This document shows, piece after piece, positions 1 through 17,327 of a stretch of 53,228 nt of DNA; within the stretch, counting starts at the first letter, position 1; the number at the start of each line of letters is the position of its first letter. The stretch is from Chromera velia (Eukaryota), in assembly GCA_018398765.1 (NCBI GenBank), contig JAHBMJ010000235.1, positions 1-53,228 of the forward strand, in the 5' to 3' direction. Position numbers and translations under genes: made by a program. The notes beneath the pieces were generated by a model. The model was not told the DNA's origin and ran no database searches. It saw nothing but the letters and a program-made list of their open reading frames with translations.

Positions 1-2131
1 TTCGTTTTCCTTCTGTGATGGAGATCAGATCTTCCTTTTGTGCAACAGTTGAAAGCCGATTGCAACGATACGGGCACGGTCAGGCAAAGACCGTGAGTAG
101 GGGAATTCAGCGTCCCCTTGCGTCCCAAGCTGCCTGGAGCCCTTTTTTGGATATCCCCTTCGAGTCCGATCCTGGACTTTGCCTTTGTCCTTGGGTGGAG
201 AGCCCGAAGATCGTTGGAGGTCGCCAAAGCCGGTGGTAGAGACGTTGCTTGGTGTTGCTCGGGACTTCGAGGAGCCTGATTTCATTGAGAATGCCATCTA
301 CGAGTACATCGCAATTGAAACGGCCAGTAGATTGCTTCTTTTGCTTGCTCTTCTGCGAGTGTGTGACTGGTTCTATGTCTGATCGAATGGGACTGGCTTG
401 TGTCCGGCTGTGACTCTGCTGTTTGCTGTGTCCGTGTCTGCACATGACTGACTGTCCGACTCTGGCAGCTGGTGTGTGCGCTTATTCACGGTGGTTGGCA
501 TCTTTGTGCGATAATCCTTTTGCGTTGAAATGATGCGAAAGGTATGGGCGCTTAGCAGGAGGCTGAGTGTGCCACGGCCTTACAACCACTCCATCCATTG
601 TGTACACACACACACATGAAGTCGTCGGGACTTCGCTCCAAAAGAGCAGAGCTGAGAGAGTTCTTCCCGCTGCAAAGTGACACGCTGTCGGAAGCCGAGA
701 AGACTTGCACTTTCGATCTTGATGTTGAGCCAGGAGGCATTGGATGTATTTGATGCCCCTGAGGGAACGGCAGGCCTGAAGTACGAAAAGTCAAGTGTGT
801 GACTGCTGCCGCGTGGCCGGGTTCCCCTATGATGGGTTGGTAAACCCTGGTTGCACCGTTTCTTTTGACTGACAGTAAGAAGGTGGAAGGATTTAAAGCT
901 GGTGATGGCTGCTCATGAAGCAAACGATCGAACAATCAGAGCAATACACCTCGAGGAGTGAGGTCATGACAGAGTGTTCTGAAGTCACTTGGCTTGGCAT
1001 GGTAGCTTAGTGAGAATGAGGATGGCCGATACACAAATAAGCTTTCAGGAAGCTATGAGTGGAGCAGTGTGTAGCTGCACCCTTTTCTTTTCTCTACATC
1101 CCTTTGCAGCTGTTAACAATTTATTGACGCTGAGTTGGACGCATACATATAGGTATTGTGCTCCTGGACTAGCTGGTGCTAGAGACCTACAACTCCGATC
1201 GAGTCTTCCGGTCAACGACATACATAGGCGCTGGAGAGGTGCTTTTATTGGTGCCACTAGTATCTGCATCGGGCGTCTATCTCTGGATAACCTTGGACTT
1301 GCAAGCACGCCTCACACATTGTCGCGTTTTGAGATCGTTCTGAGTGTACGTATCGAGGTGATTTGCGTGGCCCCCCGGAGATTTTGGATACAGATGCTAT
1401 CGAGATGAAGTTTTTGAAGCTCTAACGACATCTATGGCGACTTGGATGAGATCGACTTCGGGCATTGAAGCGTATACTCGACCCGTTTTTTCATTTATCG
1501 CGAGGACGCGATTTTCTTGTCCGTGGCCGGGGGGGATCTGTGGAGTCCTACCCTATGGCGCCGCCCTTTGAGCCTTCGCATGCGCCGTAACTGAGTGAGC
1601 CAGCGTGCCGCGCCACATTCCGCCGCCGCGCTTTGCTTCGTACGTATTGCGCGCGTCGATCAAAGTCGTTGAAATCGAGTCTGACCTTCGTATTCAAGCG
1701 TGCAACATGTCACTCGAGCAATGGATAGCATCGTTTGAGTCTGATGTCTGTTTGGCATAGATTGGGAGTCTGAGACTCTGAGAGAGAGGAACAGAGAGGA
1801 GCATAAGTAGAGATTATGCAATGATAGAATGAACCTAGCTGATTTAAATCCCAGATAACTCTAGAGCTAAACCTTCTGTAAACTGCTGCCTGAATGAGTG
1901 TTGCTCACATTCCTTCTCTAGATCTTTTCTAAGGTTCTTATCCTCGCTTTACCTTCTGTCTGGACGCCATAAGGTGGCCGGACAGGAGGGACAAAGCACC
2001 CTGCCCTTGAATTTTGTACGGTCAAAATGCATAAAATTTTGATGATAAAATTTTGAAGTTAGGCTTTGTACCAAGCAGGCTGTGCGGGTGTATGTCGGTA
2101 GGCATCGTGCTTGTACACATGATATCAATAC

Positions 2132-2667
2132 TGATGATTCCGCTAGTGGGCAAGCTAGCGAGCTATAGGGGGCTCTATATACATACAACTTACTTGAGTC
2201 TACTTCGGTACTCGTCTGTCGGGTCCTTCATCATCACTTCGAGTCGTTCTGGTAAGATCCTTTCTGTATGGCTTGTTAAGTAATTCTGGCTTCGCATGTA
2301 TGCACATCTGTATCGCTTTCCAAGTGAATTCAGATACGTACATGGATGCAACGTCACGTCTGTTTCCATCTTTCCATCTCTGTATGTTCACGCTTTATGC
2401 TTCTTTCTGATACTGAGATCAGTCTCACTTCTGTTGCCATCTGTTGTTGATGTGTTGCTTTGACAGTGTTGCTGTAACTGTGTTGTTTGCACCGTTAAGG
2501 CTGCCGTACGCCTGACGCACGCTCGGCGGGCTGTCCGTTCTGTGGGTCCGCTCCCATGCGCGCGCCTGACGCACGCTTGGTGGGCCATCCGTCCTGTGGG
2601 TCCGCTCCTGCGCGCGCGCCTGACCCATCCCACGGCCCGTCGCCGCTTTCTGAATTAGGGCACAACA
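2132..2667 (-). repeat. 3' LTR (536 bp)
   Basis: Matches 8280-8815. Minus-strand termini are TGTTG...TCATCA, preceded by the PPT. Confidence 0.96.
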
Positions 2668-2684
2668 ACCACTCCCCCCCTTAA
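2668..2684 (-). promoter_or_regulatory. Polypurine tract
   Basis: TTAAGGGGGGGAGTGGT on the minus strand, directly before the 3' LTR. Confidence 0.85.
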
Positions 2685-2836
2685 CTCTGCTCGTCCTCGA
2701 GCAGATCCTGAAAAAAAAAAGACACAAGTCAACATGACACAAACCACTTGACCCTCGGGCCTCCCGATGTCCTGCCAGGTCTGTCAATCCATCAACGGAT
2801 ATCAACGCAACGGGGGAATGAAATGACCAAGCGAAA

Positions 2837-8106
<5,270 letters not shown>

Positions 8107-8264
8107 GTTGTTGAGGTGGTCGAATAGGCCTGCAAGTGGAGCGTGTTCAGCTTCTTCTATGTTGGTAGAAAGGGAAGGATTGAGAAAGCTCCTTGAAGTT
8201 CCCGAAGGAAGCAAACCGAGAATGGTGCGAAAAAGAAAGGGTGCAGAGGTCCCTCAAATCGGGA

Positions 8265-8278
8265 ATGCTCTGCTGCCA
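8265..8278 (-). promoter_or_regulatory. Primer binding site, probably initiator tRNA-Met
   Basis: TGGCAGCAGAGCAT starts 1 nt after the 5' LTR. It resembles the TGGTAGCAGAG iMet-type PBS with a T>C change. Confidence 0.7.
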
Positions 8279-8279
8279 C

Positions 8280-8815
8280 TGATGATTCCGCTAGTGGGCA
8301 AGCTAGCGAGCTATACGGGGCTCTACATACACACAACTTACTTGAGTCTACTTCGGTACTCGTCTGTCGGGTCCTTCATCGTCACTTCGAGTCGTTCTGG
8401 TAAGATCCTTTCTGTATGGCTTGTCAAGTAATTCTGGCTTCGCATGTATGCACTTCTGTATCGCTTTCCAAGTGAATTCAGATACGTACATGGATGCAAC
8501 GTCACGTCTGTTTCCATCTTTCCATCTCTGTATGTTCACGCTTTATGCTTCTTTCTGATACTGAGATCAGTCTCACTTCTGTTGCCATCTGTTGTTGATG
8601 TGTTGCTTTGACAGTGTTGCTGTAACTGTGTTGTTTGCACCGTTAAGGCTGCCGTACGCCTGATGCACGCTCGGCGGGCTGTCCGTTCTGTGGGTCCGCT
8701 CCCGCGCACGTGCCTGACGCACACTTGGTGGGCCGTCCGTTCTGTGGGTCCGCTCCCGCGCGCGTGCTTGACCCGTCCCACGGCCCATCGCCGCTTTCTG
8801 AATTAAGACATAACA
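8280..8815 (-). repeat. 5' LTR (536 bp)
   Basis: Direct repeat of 2132-2667 with 22 substitutions and no indels by hand alignment. Minus-strand termini are TGTTA...TCATCA. Contains a ~54-bp GC-rich tandem duplication. Confidence 0.96.
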
Positions 8816-8816
8816 A

Positions 8817-9212
8817 ATACTGACAGATCAATTCAACATCATCTGGGTGATTAGTGTTAAAAACAGTATCGATCCACTGGTCTTCATTTCCGTACCCAAT
8901 TTTTTTTACTGTGATCTTCCCGAGGGAGAACTTCCAGTGGGTGCCCAGACGATAGTTGTTGTGATGCATATCATATGGGTTGCATCCACCAGGAAGATCG
9001 GGAAGGCTAGAAGCACTACAACGCTCACAACAATTTCCAAAAATAGTTTGAATTTCTGTTTTGATTGCTTTGTTAGCCTGCTTGATAGTCCAGCCGTGCA
9101 CATACTTCCAATTTTTTTGAATGATAAGAGGTCTGATCCTTTGCTGGAACAGCTGTTTGCAATGAGCGGCTAAAGTGAAAATAGCGACTGATTGAGGCGG
9201 ACGGGGCACCAT
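8817..9212 (-). pseudogene. 5' part of an HNH-endonuclease-like ORF interrupted by the Gypsy element (continues at 2059-2126)
   Basis: CCERC...YDMHHNNY...NHPDDVELICQY. After removing the retroelement and one TSD copy it reads on as *YHVYKHDAYRHTPAQPAWYKA*, matching the CxxC...DHH...LxCxxCH..H zinc-HNH pattern. Confidence 0.65.
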
Positions 9213-9704
9213 TTTCTTTATTCTATAGCGGCGGGGACCAGGGGTAGGCGTGGTAAAAAGATGTCCCCCTGCTGGTAATTTGGTTTTTTGTACCCCTAAG
9301 AAGCTTTCCTATAACCCTATGGTCTGTCAATCAAACTCCGGGCTTTGGCAGCCTGGCGCCGAGGCTTTGACGATAGAAAGCTCATTCTTTCTAGTATGCA
9401 ATATCGTTAAGGTTCTGGCAACAGAAAACTAATTCTTTCTAGTACGGAATATACCTCCAGTCTATTGTAGCTTAAAAATATTATAACATAATTTAATCTA
9501 GTTTAACCTAGTTTTAAAATATTTTAATATTCTCTTATAGTATCAATTGGTGAGATCGAATTGACCAGCTTAAGGGTAGGTGCTGACCGTAGCGGACCGA
9601 CATACAGTAACAAGCCAGAAGACCAAGACATTTTTCAGACAGCTTTTGCACCTTTGTGCATGCATGCATGCATTAATATATGTATAACTGCAAAAGCCAC
9701 ATGT

Positions 9705-9900
9705 GGGTTTTGGGGCGGCATGGTCGGGCTTTGGTAGGCCTGCGCCTTCGGCACGGTCGGGCTTTGGCATGGCCGCGCCTTCGGCGTGGTCAGGCTTTGG
9801 TAGACCTACGCCTTTGGTGCGGTTAGGCTTTGACAAGCCCGCGCCTTCGGCGTGGTCGGGCTTTGGCAGCCGGGCGCCTTCGGCGCCCAGGCTTTGACGG
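9705..9900 (+). repeat. ~33-bp GC-rich minisatellite, about 5-6 degenerate units
   Basis: Repeated GCGCCTTCGGCGTGGTCGGGCTTTGGCA units, each with a GCC-TTC-GGC mini-hairpin. A related copy lies at ~9339-9372. Confidence 0.85.
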
Positions 9901-10420
9901 CCGCTCTGGATCAACTATAGGAAGCCTTCTTGGGGGTAGTTTTTCGAAGGAAAAAAAAAAGTCGTGAGACGCCCCCCTTCATAGTGGCCGCGGAGACGGC
10001 TTGGGCCGCGCACGGCTAGGTTGTTAGACCATAAATTACGCTTTTTTTTGCGTCGTTTTCGCGCGCACCGCGCGCGTGACAATACCTTTGTAAGGCAAAA
10101 TCAATAGGGATGCACCTTGAAGTTTCAAAAAAAAAAAAAAAAAAAAAAATTTAAAATGGATCAATACAGAGCTACAGTCAAATCGTGCGTACAAAATTCA
10201 AGGGCAGGGGCTTATATACGTCCGAGCTTCCCGCAGTGCTGCCGTCTCCATTAATTCATGCCGTCTCCATGCAGTGTTCCATGCAGCTTTGTCAATGAAT
10301 CGTCAGCTAGTCACGCGTGCAGATATCTTTGAAACTCCTCTCAGTCCTCTCTATGCAACCTTTCGCAGGAAGGACTGTACGAATACAAACTCTCCAGAAC
10401 CACTTACACACTTCTCAGCA

Positions 10421-11358
10421 ATGGGAGACGGCAAAGCAGTGGAGGTCCCTCCTCCACCACTCCAAGAAGGCAAGGACAAAGAAGAGGAGCCCAACGATGG
10501 CACAGACCCCCTAAAAAAAAAGCCTGTGATCCCGATCACAATTGAAGGACTTGGAACGTCAGCAGACATCCTACCTGAAGGAACCAGTCGTCCTTCGTGT
10601 GTTTATTCGGTGTATGCATGCAGACTTCCATCCGTCTACATTCTATTGCAGACGTGCCGCTTGCTGCGACTACAGAGTACAAACATGGGCATGCGCATGC
10701 AAAAAACCTGAATCTGTGTGCAGAAAGGAGTACCGCGTCTCGAGGGTCCAGATGAACTGGAAAGAGGTCTGGACGGCAGTGCACGAGATTGGGGACTTGG
10801 AGCTGCTCGCCCGGTCTGAAGACCAAGTGAGGCACTACATGAAGAGCACCCAGGAGATGCTGACCAGGTTCGGGGAGGTGGTGGACAGGGTCCTTGTGGA
10901 GATTCTGGGAGTGCCTCAGTCGTTGAACGAAAAGGGGCTGGTCGTGGCGGTTAAATCTGAAAAGGTAAACAGGAAGCAAAAGAAAGGCTCTGAGTGCATC
11001 TATGAAGCAGTAAATCTTTTGAAATAGGCCGCCCTGCCTCTGTCTTCTTTCAGTGAAAGGGAAAGAAATAAATCAGAAGAGCAGATGTCAATAGGGTTGA
11101 TGAAGGAAGGGGGGGGGGGGAAAGGAAGAAAGAGAGGAAGGAAGGAAGGAAAGAAGGAAGGAAGGAAAGAAGGAAGGAACGAGCGAAGGAAAGAAGGAGA
11201 GAAGGAAAGAAGGAAGAGAGAGAGGGAGGGGGGAAAGAAAGATAGAAACAGGGAAGGGAGGAAGGAAAGAGAAAAACAAAAAAAGGAAGGGAAGAAGGAA
11301 GGAAAGAGGGAGGGGGGGGATGGGAGGGAGGGAGGGAAAGAAAGAAAGAAAGAAACAA

Positions 11359-11393
<35 letters not shown>

Positions 11394-11876
11394 AAGGAGC
11401 CAGAGGAAAACTGAGCAGCATGTTGGGAGGAGAGACATCAATGTACAATTGAAAGAGCGGCCAGAGAAGTAAAAAGACGCTTGGCACCTTTCCTGACCTT
11501 TTCTATCTATCCACATGCATTGAGTTGTCAGATCGATCAGATCCAGGTAGGTCGTGATACCTCTCCATCTTTCTTTCCTTCGTTCCTCAGGTTTTTCGTC
11601 TCTTCTTGACTGCCGGATGATCGATCGTTGTATCAAATCTTCTCCTGCCCTACAGTTCTGTGCTTGCTACTGCTGCTGCTTTTGCTTCTGCTGTTGGTGC
11701 TTGCCTCCTTTTTCTTTTTTCCTTTCTCCCGCATTCTCTTCATCTGACCCCCTGCTGCTCGCCCTTTCATCTGGTTGTCTCTGTCCTTCTTTTTTTGCTC
11801 TCTCTGTCTGCCCCTCTCTAGCTCTCCGTCTTTTTTGTTTCTTCTCTCGCTCCTTAGCTCCTCACTCCCTTTCTTT

Positions 11877-11931
<55 letters not shown>

Positions 11932-12119
11932 CTCTCTTTCTTTCTTTTATTGCTGCCTCGCTTTCCTTCCTTTTATTTTTCTTTCTTTCCTTCCTCTTTC
12001 TTACTCGCTTTCTTTCGTCCTTTCCTTGTTTGTTTCTTTCTGTTTGGTTGTTTGTTGGCTTATCTGCCTGTCTGTCTTCTGTCTGTCTGTCCGTCTGTGT
12101 TTCTCTCTTTGTCTCTCTG

Positions 12120-12206
<87 letters not shown>

Positions 12207-12694
12207 ATCTATCTCTCTCTTCATTTGGTTCTTTCATTCAGTCTGTGTCTATTTGTCTACTTGTCTGTCTGCACATCAGCATGCATGAAGTGATAAATTT
12301 ATGTATGTACGTGGAGAAGAAGGCAACAGATGAAATGAGAGAGAGCGAGAGACGGGAAAAAAAGGAGGTGACCCGCCTGTTTGAAGGCATGCATGTTCAT
12401 ACACCAATAAATAATTGTATGCAGGTCCTTGAAGAGATGAAAAGCAAACGTGTTTTGCGACGCAATGACTTCCCGTATTTCTTCTCGGAGGAGATTGAAT
12501 GTTTCGTTTTATGGACAGGGGAGCCCATTGAAGAGGCAGAGGCGCGGAGCATCGCAGAGGCATCGCTCGATCCTCGAGTCTACGAGTTCATCATTTTCGA
12601 GAATCCTGTCAGGCTCAGGTCTGTTCCTGGAGTTTCGCATTGGCATATCCTCGTACGAACAAAACCAACGACAGACACAGAAAGCTCGACATAA
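10421..12694 (+). CDS. DUF3605 / Gig1-like protein (HIT-like fold), about 3 exons
   Basis: Exons ~10421-10596 (donor uncertain), 10724-10964 and 12425-12694, joined in phase. Motifs: MNWKEV..LELLARS, RNDFPYFF..FVLW, FENPVRLRSVPGVSHWHILV. Confidence 0.8.
11105..12230. repeat. Intronic microsatellite blocks: (GAAG/GAAA/GACA)n followed by (TC/TTTC/TGTC)n
   Basis: Simple repeats visible directly in intron 10965-12424. Confidence 0.95.
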
Positions 12695-12871
12695 AGTCAG
12701 TTCGGAGGGCCTGCATCAATCGGTCGCGGACGTACCAGTCTGAAACTTTAGCTGAAACTATTGATTCCTGAGTAACAGGTTGAGTCTAATCTCAATCAAT
12801 TGAAATTGTAGCTTCAGGACCTTACAATTTATAAAACTAGCTGCAGCTGTCAAATTGATTCAAATTTTGCA

Positions 12872-14690
12872 TGATTGATTGGTTGATTGATTGATACCAA
12901 ACCCTAGGTGGAGTTAGAACTCCCGGGCGGCGCATACATGCATGGGTCTGTTCAATTATGCCAGCTGCAAGCTAAGTGGACGACAGTTATTCGAACTTAA
13001 TCTAATCAATCATTTACTACAATATGACGAGAAATCATAAAGAGAAGAGAGGGTTGAGAGTGCAAGAGCGATGTGATGAACTTACGAACCCCCAGATCAG
13101 AAAAAGAGGCGGATGCAAAGGGTGAGTCACAACGAGTGAAGCGGTCTGATTGAATTAATGCTAACCACTGCAAAAAGCCTTGTTCGGCAGTCTATCGGAA
13201 GCAGACAGAGAGCCGATGAATAAAATCATCTACACACCGGCAGCAGGCTTCATAGGTGCACAGCTTTCTATCAGAGCAACCAACAGGCAGCCCACCTTGC
13301 CCGCCCATCGCGTTGTATGTCAGCATGCGTAAAAAAGAAAAGATCGAGCCATTCGTAACCGACAGGGCAGAACGGGGAAGGACAGAGACGGAAGGAACAC
13401 CGGAGGACGACTCGCTGCACAGGAGGAAGACAAACATATGGCAGGAGGACGGGAAGTCGCGCTGCAGAGGGGTGAGTCTAGCAAGGAGGGGAAAGTGAGA
13501 GGAAGATTGCCCATCATCCTCAGAAGCCTTCATGCATTCCTTTGCAACTGTCTGTCTCACCTTGCCCTTGAAGAAAAGTGAGCCAGTGCCTTGTGCCCTA
13601 TGACCATTCTGCCCGCGTTGGGAAGATAGATCGGGCTTGACCCTCAGCGAGCGGACAGAAATCAAATCAGCCCAACGAAGCAGCCTGTCTATAGACCTTG
13701 TGAATTGTTGGCAGCAGTTATTCTTCCAGGCATGTAACATGGCTGCAGGAATAGTGTGTGTTGTGATGGAAAGAGAGTGCCACCAGTCAGCCACGCGGGA
13801 GCAGAGAAGGGCTTTGCAGGGAAGAAGACCAAGGATGTAAAGAGAGGGCAAGCAGAGGCTGCGAGCAGACAAATGACCACACCAACGGGCAAACCGAAGC
13901 TGCAAAGCATCAAGAGCGAGCAGGTCTGCATCCCGCACTGGCAGACATTCAAGGCAGTAGAGTGCTACGGGGGTCCAGCAGCCTGAGGCTCTAAAGACTG
14001 TTACCTGCGCATCAATGCTGAGCGGGTCCATGCTCGCAATCAACCCAATTACCCCTCCCAGAGCCCGTGAAGCAGAAGCAATACGGAACTTAATTGTCTT
14101 GTTCAAGTACCCCCTTTCAAAGAAAACACACCCCAGATATTTGTATTCGGATGTCCATTCAACGTCCTTCCCACCATATATGACTCTCCCTACAGACTGT
14201 CCCAGAGCCAAGGCAGACAGGCGCAAGATTTTCGTTGTCTTTAAGTTCACAGTCAGTTCCCATTCCTTGCAATACCCTTCCAAGGCTGAAAACTTCTTTT
14301 GCAGATCTGAGATGGAATGAGCAAGGAAACAGAGATCATCCGCATACCCCAGACTGCCTAAGATGCAGTTGTTAAGGAGGACAGGTTTGGGCTCTGTCTT
14401 GGGCTCCTCAACGCTGCCCTCTCCCATTCTGCTGTCTGACCATCCTGCTCCCTCTGCTTCTCTGTCTACGGCCTCCTCATTCTTACTAACTGAACACACA
14501 CGGGGAAGGTCATTGATATAGATAAGAAAGAGAATAGGAGAGAGAGCATCACCTTGCTTTACCCCAGCGCCCTCCCGAAAACGCAAAGAGTCCCCGTCTA
14601 CCTTTCCCCAGACCTCCCTGTACATTTCACATATCATACATACATCTGCCTCACACACACCTTCTCTTCTCAGATATTTGATAAATTGAT
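12872..14690 (-). mobile_element. 5'-truncated non-LTR retrotransposon (LINE) RT fragment
   Basis: ORF 13192-14778 has GVKQGDALSPILFLIYINDL, LGYADDLCFL, YKYLG and a C-terminal Cys/His cluster. RT similarity starts near IKYLRREGV. Possible (ATCA)n tail at 12872-12895. Boundaries approximate. Confidence 0.85.
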
Positions 14691-15102
14691 TGGTTGGTAT
14701 GTTCGGTTGTAAGGTTTCTCTGAAAGGTCCATGTATTTCTATAAATGCAGGTGTTGCCTGATCTCTCAGGCTGATCATTTGTTGCGCCAGGGATAGCGGG
14801 GTTAGCGGTCCTATAGGCTCAGGAGCCTCAGCTATTAAGATTTAATAATATGTATTTATTTAATTATAATAATATTATATTATGTAGTCACAATCAAAAT
14901 TTAAATTTAAGAATATATATGATCATTATAATTATCAAAGTCTATGTACTCCCGGCCTATTAAAAACGTACCTAGTATCGTACTCTGTCTGACCTAGTGT
15001 CTAATACTGGGTCTGAAACCAAACGGGGCTAGAAACCATCACTATACACCTAGCTATACACCGGAGGGACAGAGGCCGATGATGACGGTGCAGCATGATA
15101 GT

Positions 15103-15881
15103 CAGGGTTGCCGATTTTTCCGGTGGTAAAGCGAGTTGATTACCGGTCAACCGGTAATTACTAGTAGAGTGGCCAGCCACTGGTAAAAAGCTTGGTAAAG
15201 GCTGTAGAGATAAAGTATAAATCAAAACCATAGTTTAAAAAATCTATTTATAATAATAAGCATTTTTTAAAGCATTTTGAGTTATTTGTTCGTTCATTTA
15301 CATGGTCTAACTAGGTTTGACAGTCATTTACGTGTTGTAAATTAAGTTATCTATGGTTTAAGTGAGACATTAAAGGGCAGCCATGCTGTTTTAAATGATA
15401 AAACTGGAAAGACGGATTGCTATTCGCCTCAGTAGCATCTCAGTAGCGTGTTGATGACCAAAAACGGTACACAATCACACATGCAAGTGTGATGCAACAA
15501 ATCTGACAACCTCGAAGGTGAGCACGTCCTCTGAAAAGAGGTTTTCACGTCTTTGGGCCAGGCCACCTGCTAGCTGCCTCTTCACCTCCGCAACGACCAC
15601 CGCTTCCAGTTTGTAGACCTCCAAACCAGACAGACAAATGCAGACAAACAACATATTTTTTAAAAAATCTTAATTCGATTCCTAAAAGTGCCAAAAACCT
15701 TGCATGAAAGAAGTCTTTAAAACTAAAGAATAGGAGTTGCGCCACAGGCGAAATTTTTTTTTTTTGAGCTTCATTTTCTCCTCATTTTTTTCCAGTAAAA
15801 CTTAGGTAAACGGAGTCCATTACTAGTAATCTGGTAATTACCGGTAGAGAGAGGTTGTTACCGGATGAAAAAGCAACCCTG
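15103..15881. mobile_element. hAT-type MITE
   Basis: TIR CAGGGTTGC...GCAACCCTG with 8-bp TSD ATGATAGT (15095-15102, 15882-15889) and subterminal ACCGG repeats. Confidence 0.93.
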
Positions 15882-15987
15882 ATGATAGTAATTAATGATT
15901 GATAATTTAGTTGATAATGATAATAACTCGGATGATGTCTAACAAAAGTTAACGAATGTTACGGAATGTATAAGCCTGGGAACAGTA

Positions 15988-16480
15988 CCCTGCAGGTAGC
16001 TAGGATTTTGTGGGATTTTAGCCCAGGATTTTAGCGGATTTTACAGAATTTTGGCCAGGATTTTAGAAGATTTAGGCAGATTTTGCCCAGGATTCTGCCA
16101 GACTATTTCTCCAGGATTTTAGAATCTAAAATCCTGGCTCTAAGGATTATAAAGACTAAAATCCTGGATCCTAGGATTTTAGAAATGAATGCCAGGATTT
16201 TACAGGATTTTACGGGATTATATCTTTCTCGTAAAATCCCGTATAATCCTGTAAAATCCCGTATAATCCCGTAAAATCTTAGGAAGAGGCTAGGATTTTA
16301 GCTTTCTTCCAGGATTTTAGATTCTAAAATCCTAGGTGTAGGGATTATATTTTTAATGTTAAGAGTCCGGCAGAATCCTGGGTAAAATCCGTTAAAATCC
16401 GCTAAAATCCTGGCCAAAATCCTGTAAAATCCGCTAAAATCCTGGGCTAAAATCCCGCAAAATCCTGGCTACCTGCAGGG
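15988..16480. mobile_element. Foldback MITE with CCC termini and TA TSD (CACTA/EnSpm-like or Tc1/mariner-like)
   Basis: TIR CCCTGCAGGTAGC with ~130-bp imperfect inverted arms built from AGGATTTT/AAAATCC units. TA flanks both ends. Confidence 0.9.
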
Positions 16481-16600
16481 TAAGAAGAAATAGTAATAAT
16501 CTAGCTAATAATCACTATCAAATTTATTTATCCACATCAGTTAAAGCAACTGGGTTTACTAGTGAGTTTATCTAGGAGTTTATTCTTCTAAATTACTTTA

Positions 16601-17327
16601 GGGGCCATGTAAAAATTCATTTGAGTGCCAATGGCATGCAAGACCCCCCTCGCCCCCCAGACCTTTTTGCTTCGGCACGCAAATGTTTTTCTTTAAAAAA
16701 AAGTTTTTGACACTAACTTTTTTACCATTTAGAGTCCAAAATCATGTTGAACAACCACTAAAACTTAAGTTTAAAACTTGTCAAAAACTTGTTAAAAACC
16801 TAAATTTGAATCATTATGCAAAAATTATGCGATCGATACATATCTGCGACAGGTTTGTTCAATGTAATTTAATGATCAAACGGCAAAGTGCGCAGGCATT
16901 GCATGGATCATCCTTCTGCGGTAGACAGATGGAAAAATACATGCACTTTCGGAAGAAACTGAAAGGCAGCAACAAGGGCGTTCATAAAACAAATAAATTT
17001 TCCGAGCACTGCAGGACATCAGAGGAGACTTGTCAGGGGGGGGGATGAGGGAATCGTGGAGGGGGAATGAAAATGTCAGATAATTTTTCAAAATTTTGGA
17101 CCTCTGGTGCTTCAGAACCAGATGACATCTGGAGAAACCATTTGGTGGCTTTTATATGGCAACTATAGGGAGCAACTAGGGGAGCAAGATTGAGCACTTA
17201 TGGCTTGTCTACCAGACCCCACTGAGATGAATGCCTAAAAAAGGCTTGATGGTATGCAAAGACCCCCCCTCCCCCCTAGAGCCCGTTTGCATGCCATTGG
17301 CATGCAAATGAATTTTTACATGGCCCC
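16601..17327. mobile_element. PIF/Harbinger-type MITE
   Basis: 41-bp TIR GGGGCCATGTAAAAATTCATTTG..CCAATGGCATGCAA with 2 mismatches and 3-bp TSD TTA. Confidence 0.93.

Noticed and set aside
1..1450. Short ORFs on both strands at the window start
   Set aside because: No recognisable motif or consistent exon chain. May be a gene fragment or decayed element, but I cannot support a call.
9570..9914. ORF with PKPDHAEGAGL repeats; possible CRISPR-like array
   Set aside because: It is a translation of the minisatellite. Units are head-to-tail with no unique spacers, and no cas genes are present.
11050..12300. Long S/L/F-rich or R/K/E-rich ORFs (also 26517-27064, 44154-44553, 45435-46595)
   Set aside because: They are translations of intronic or intergenic microsatellites.
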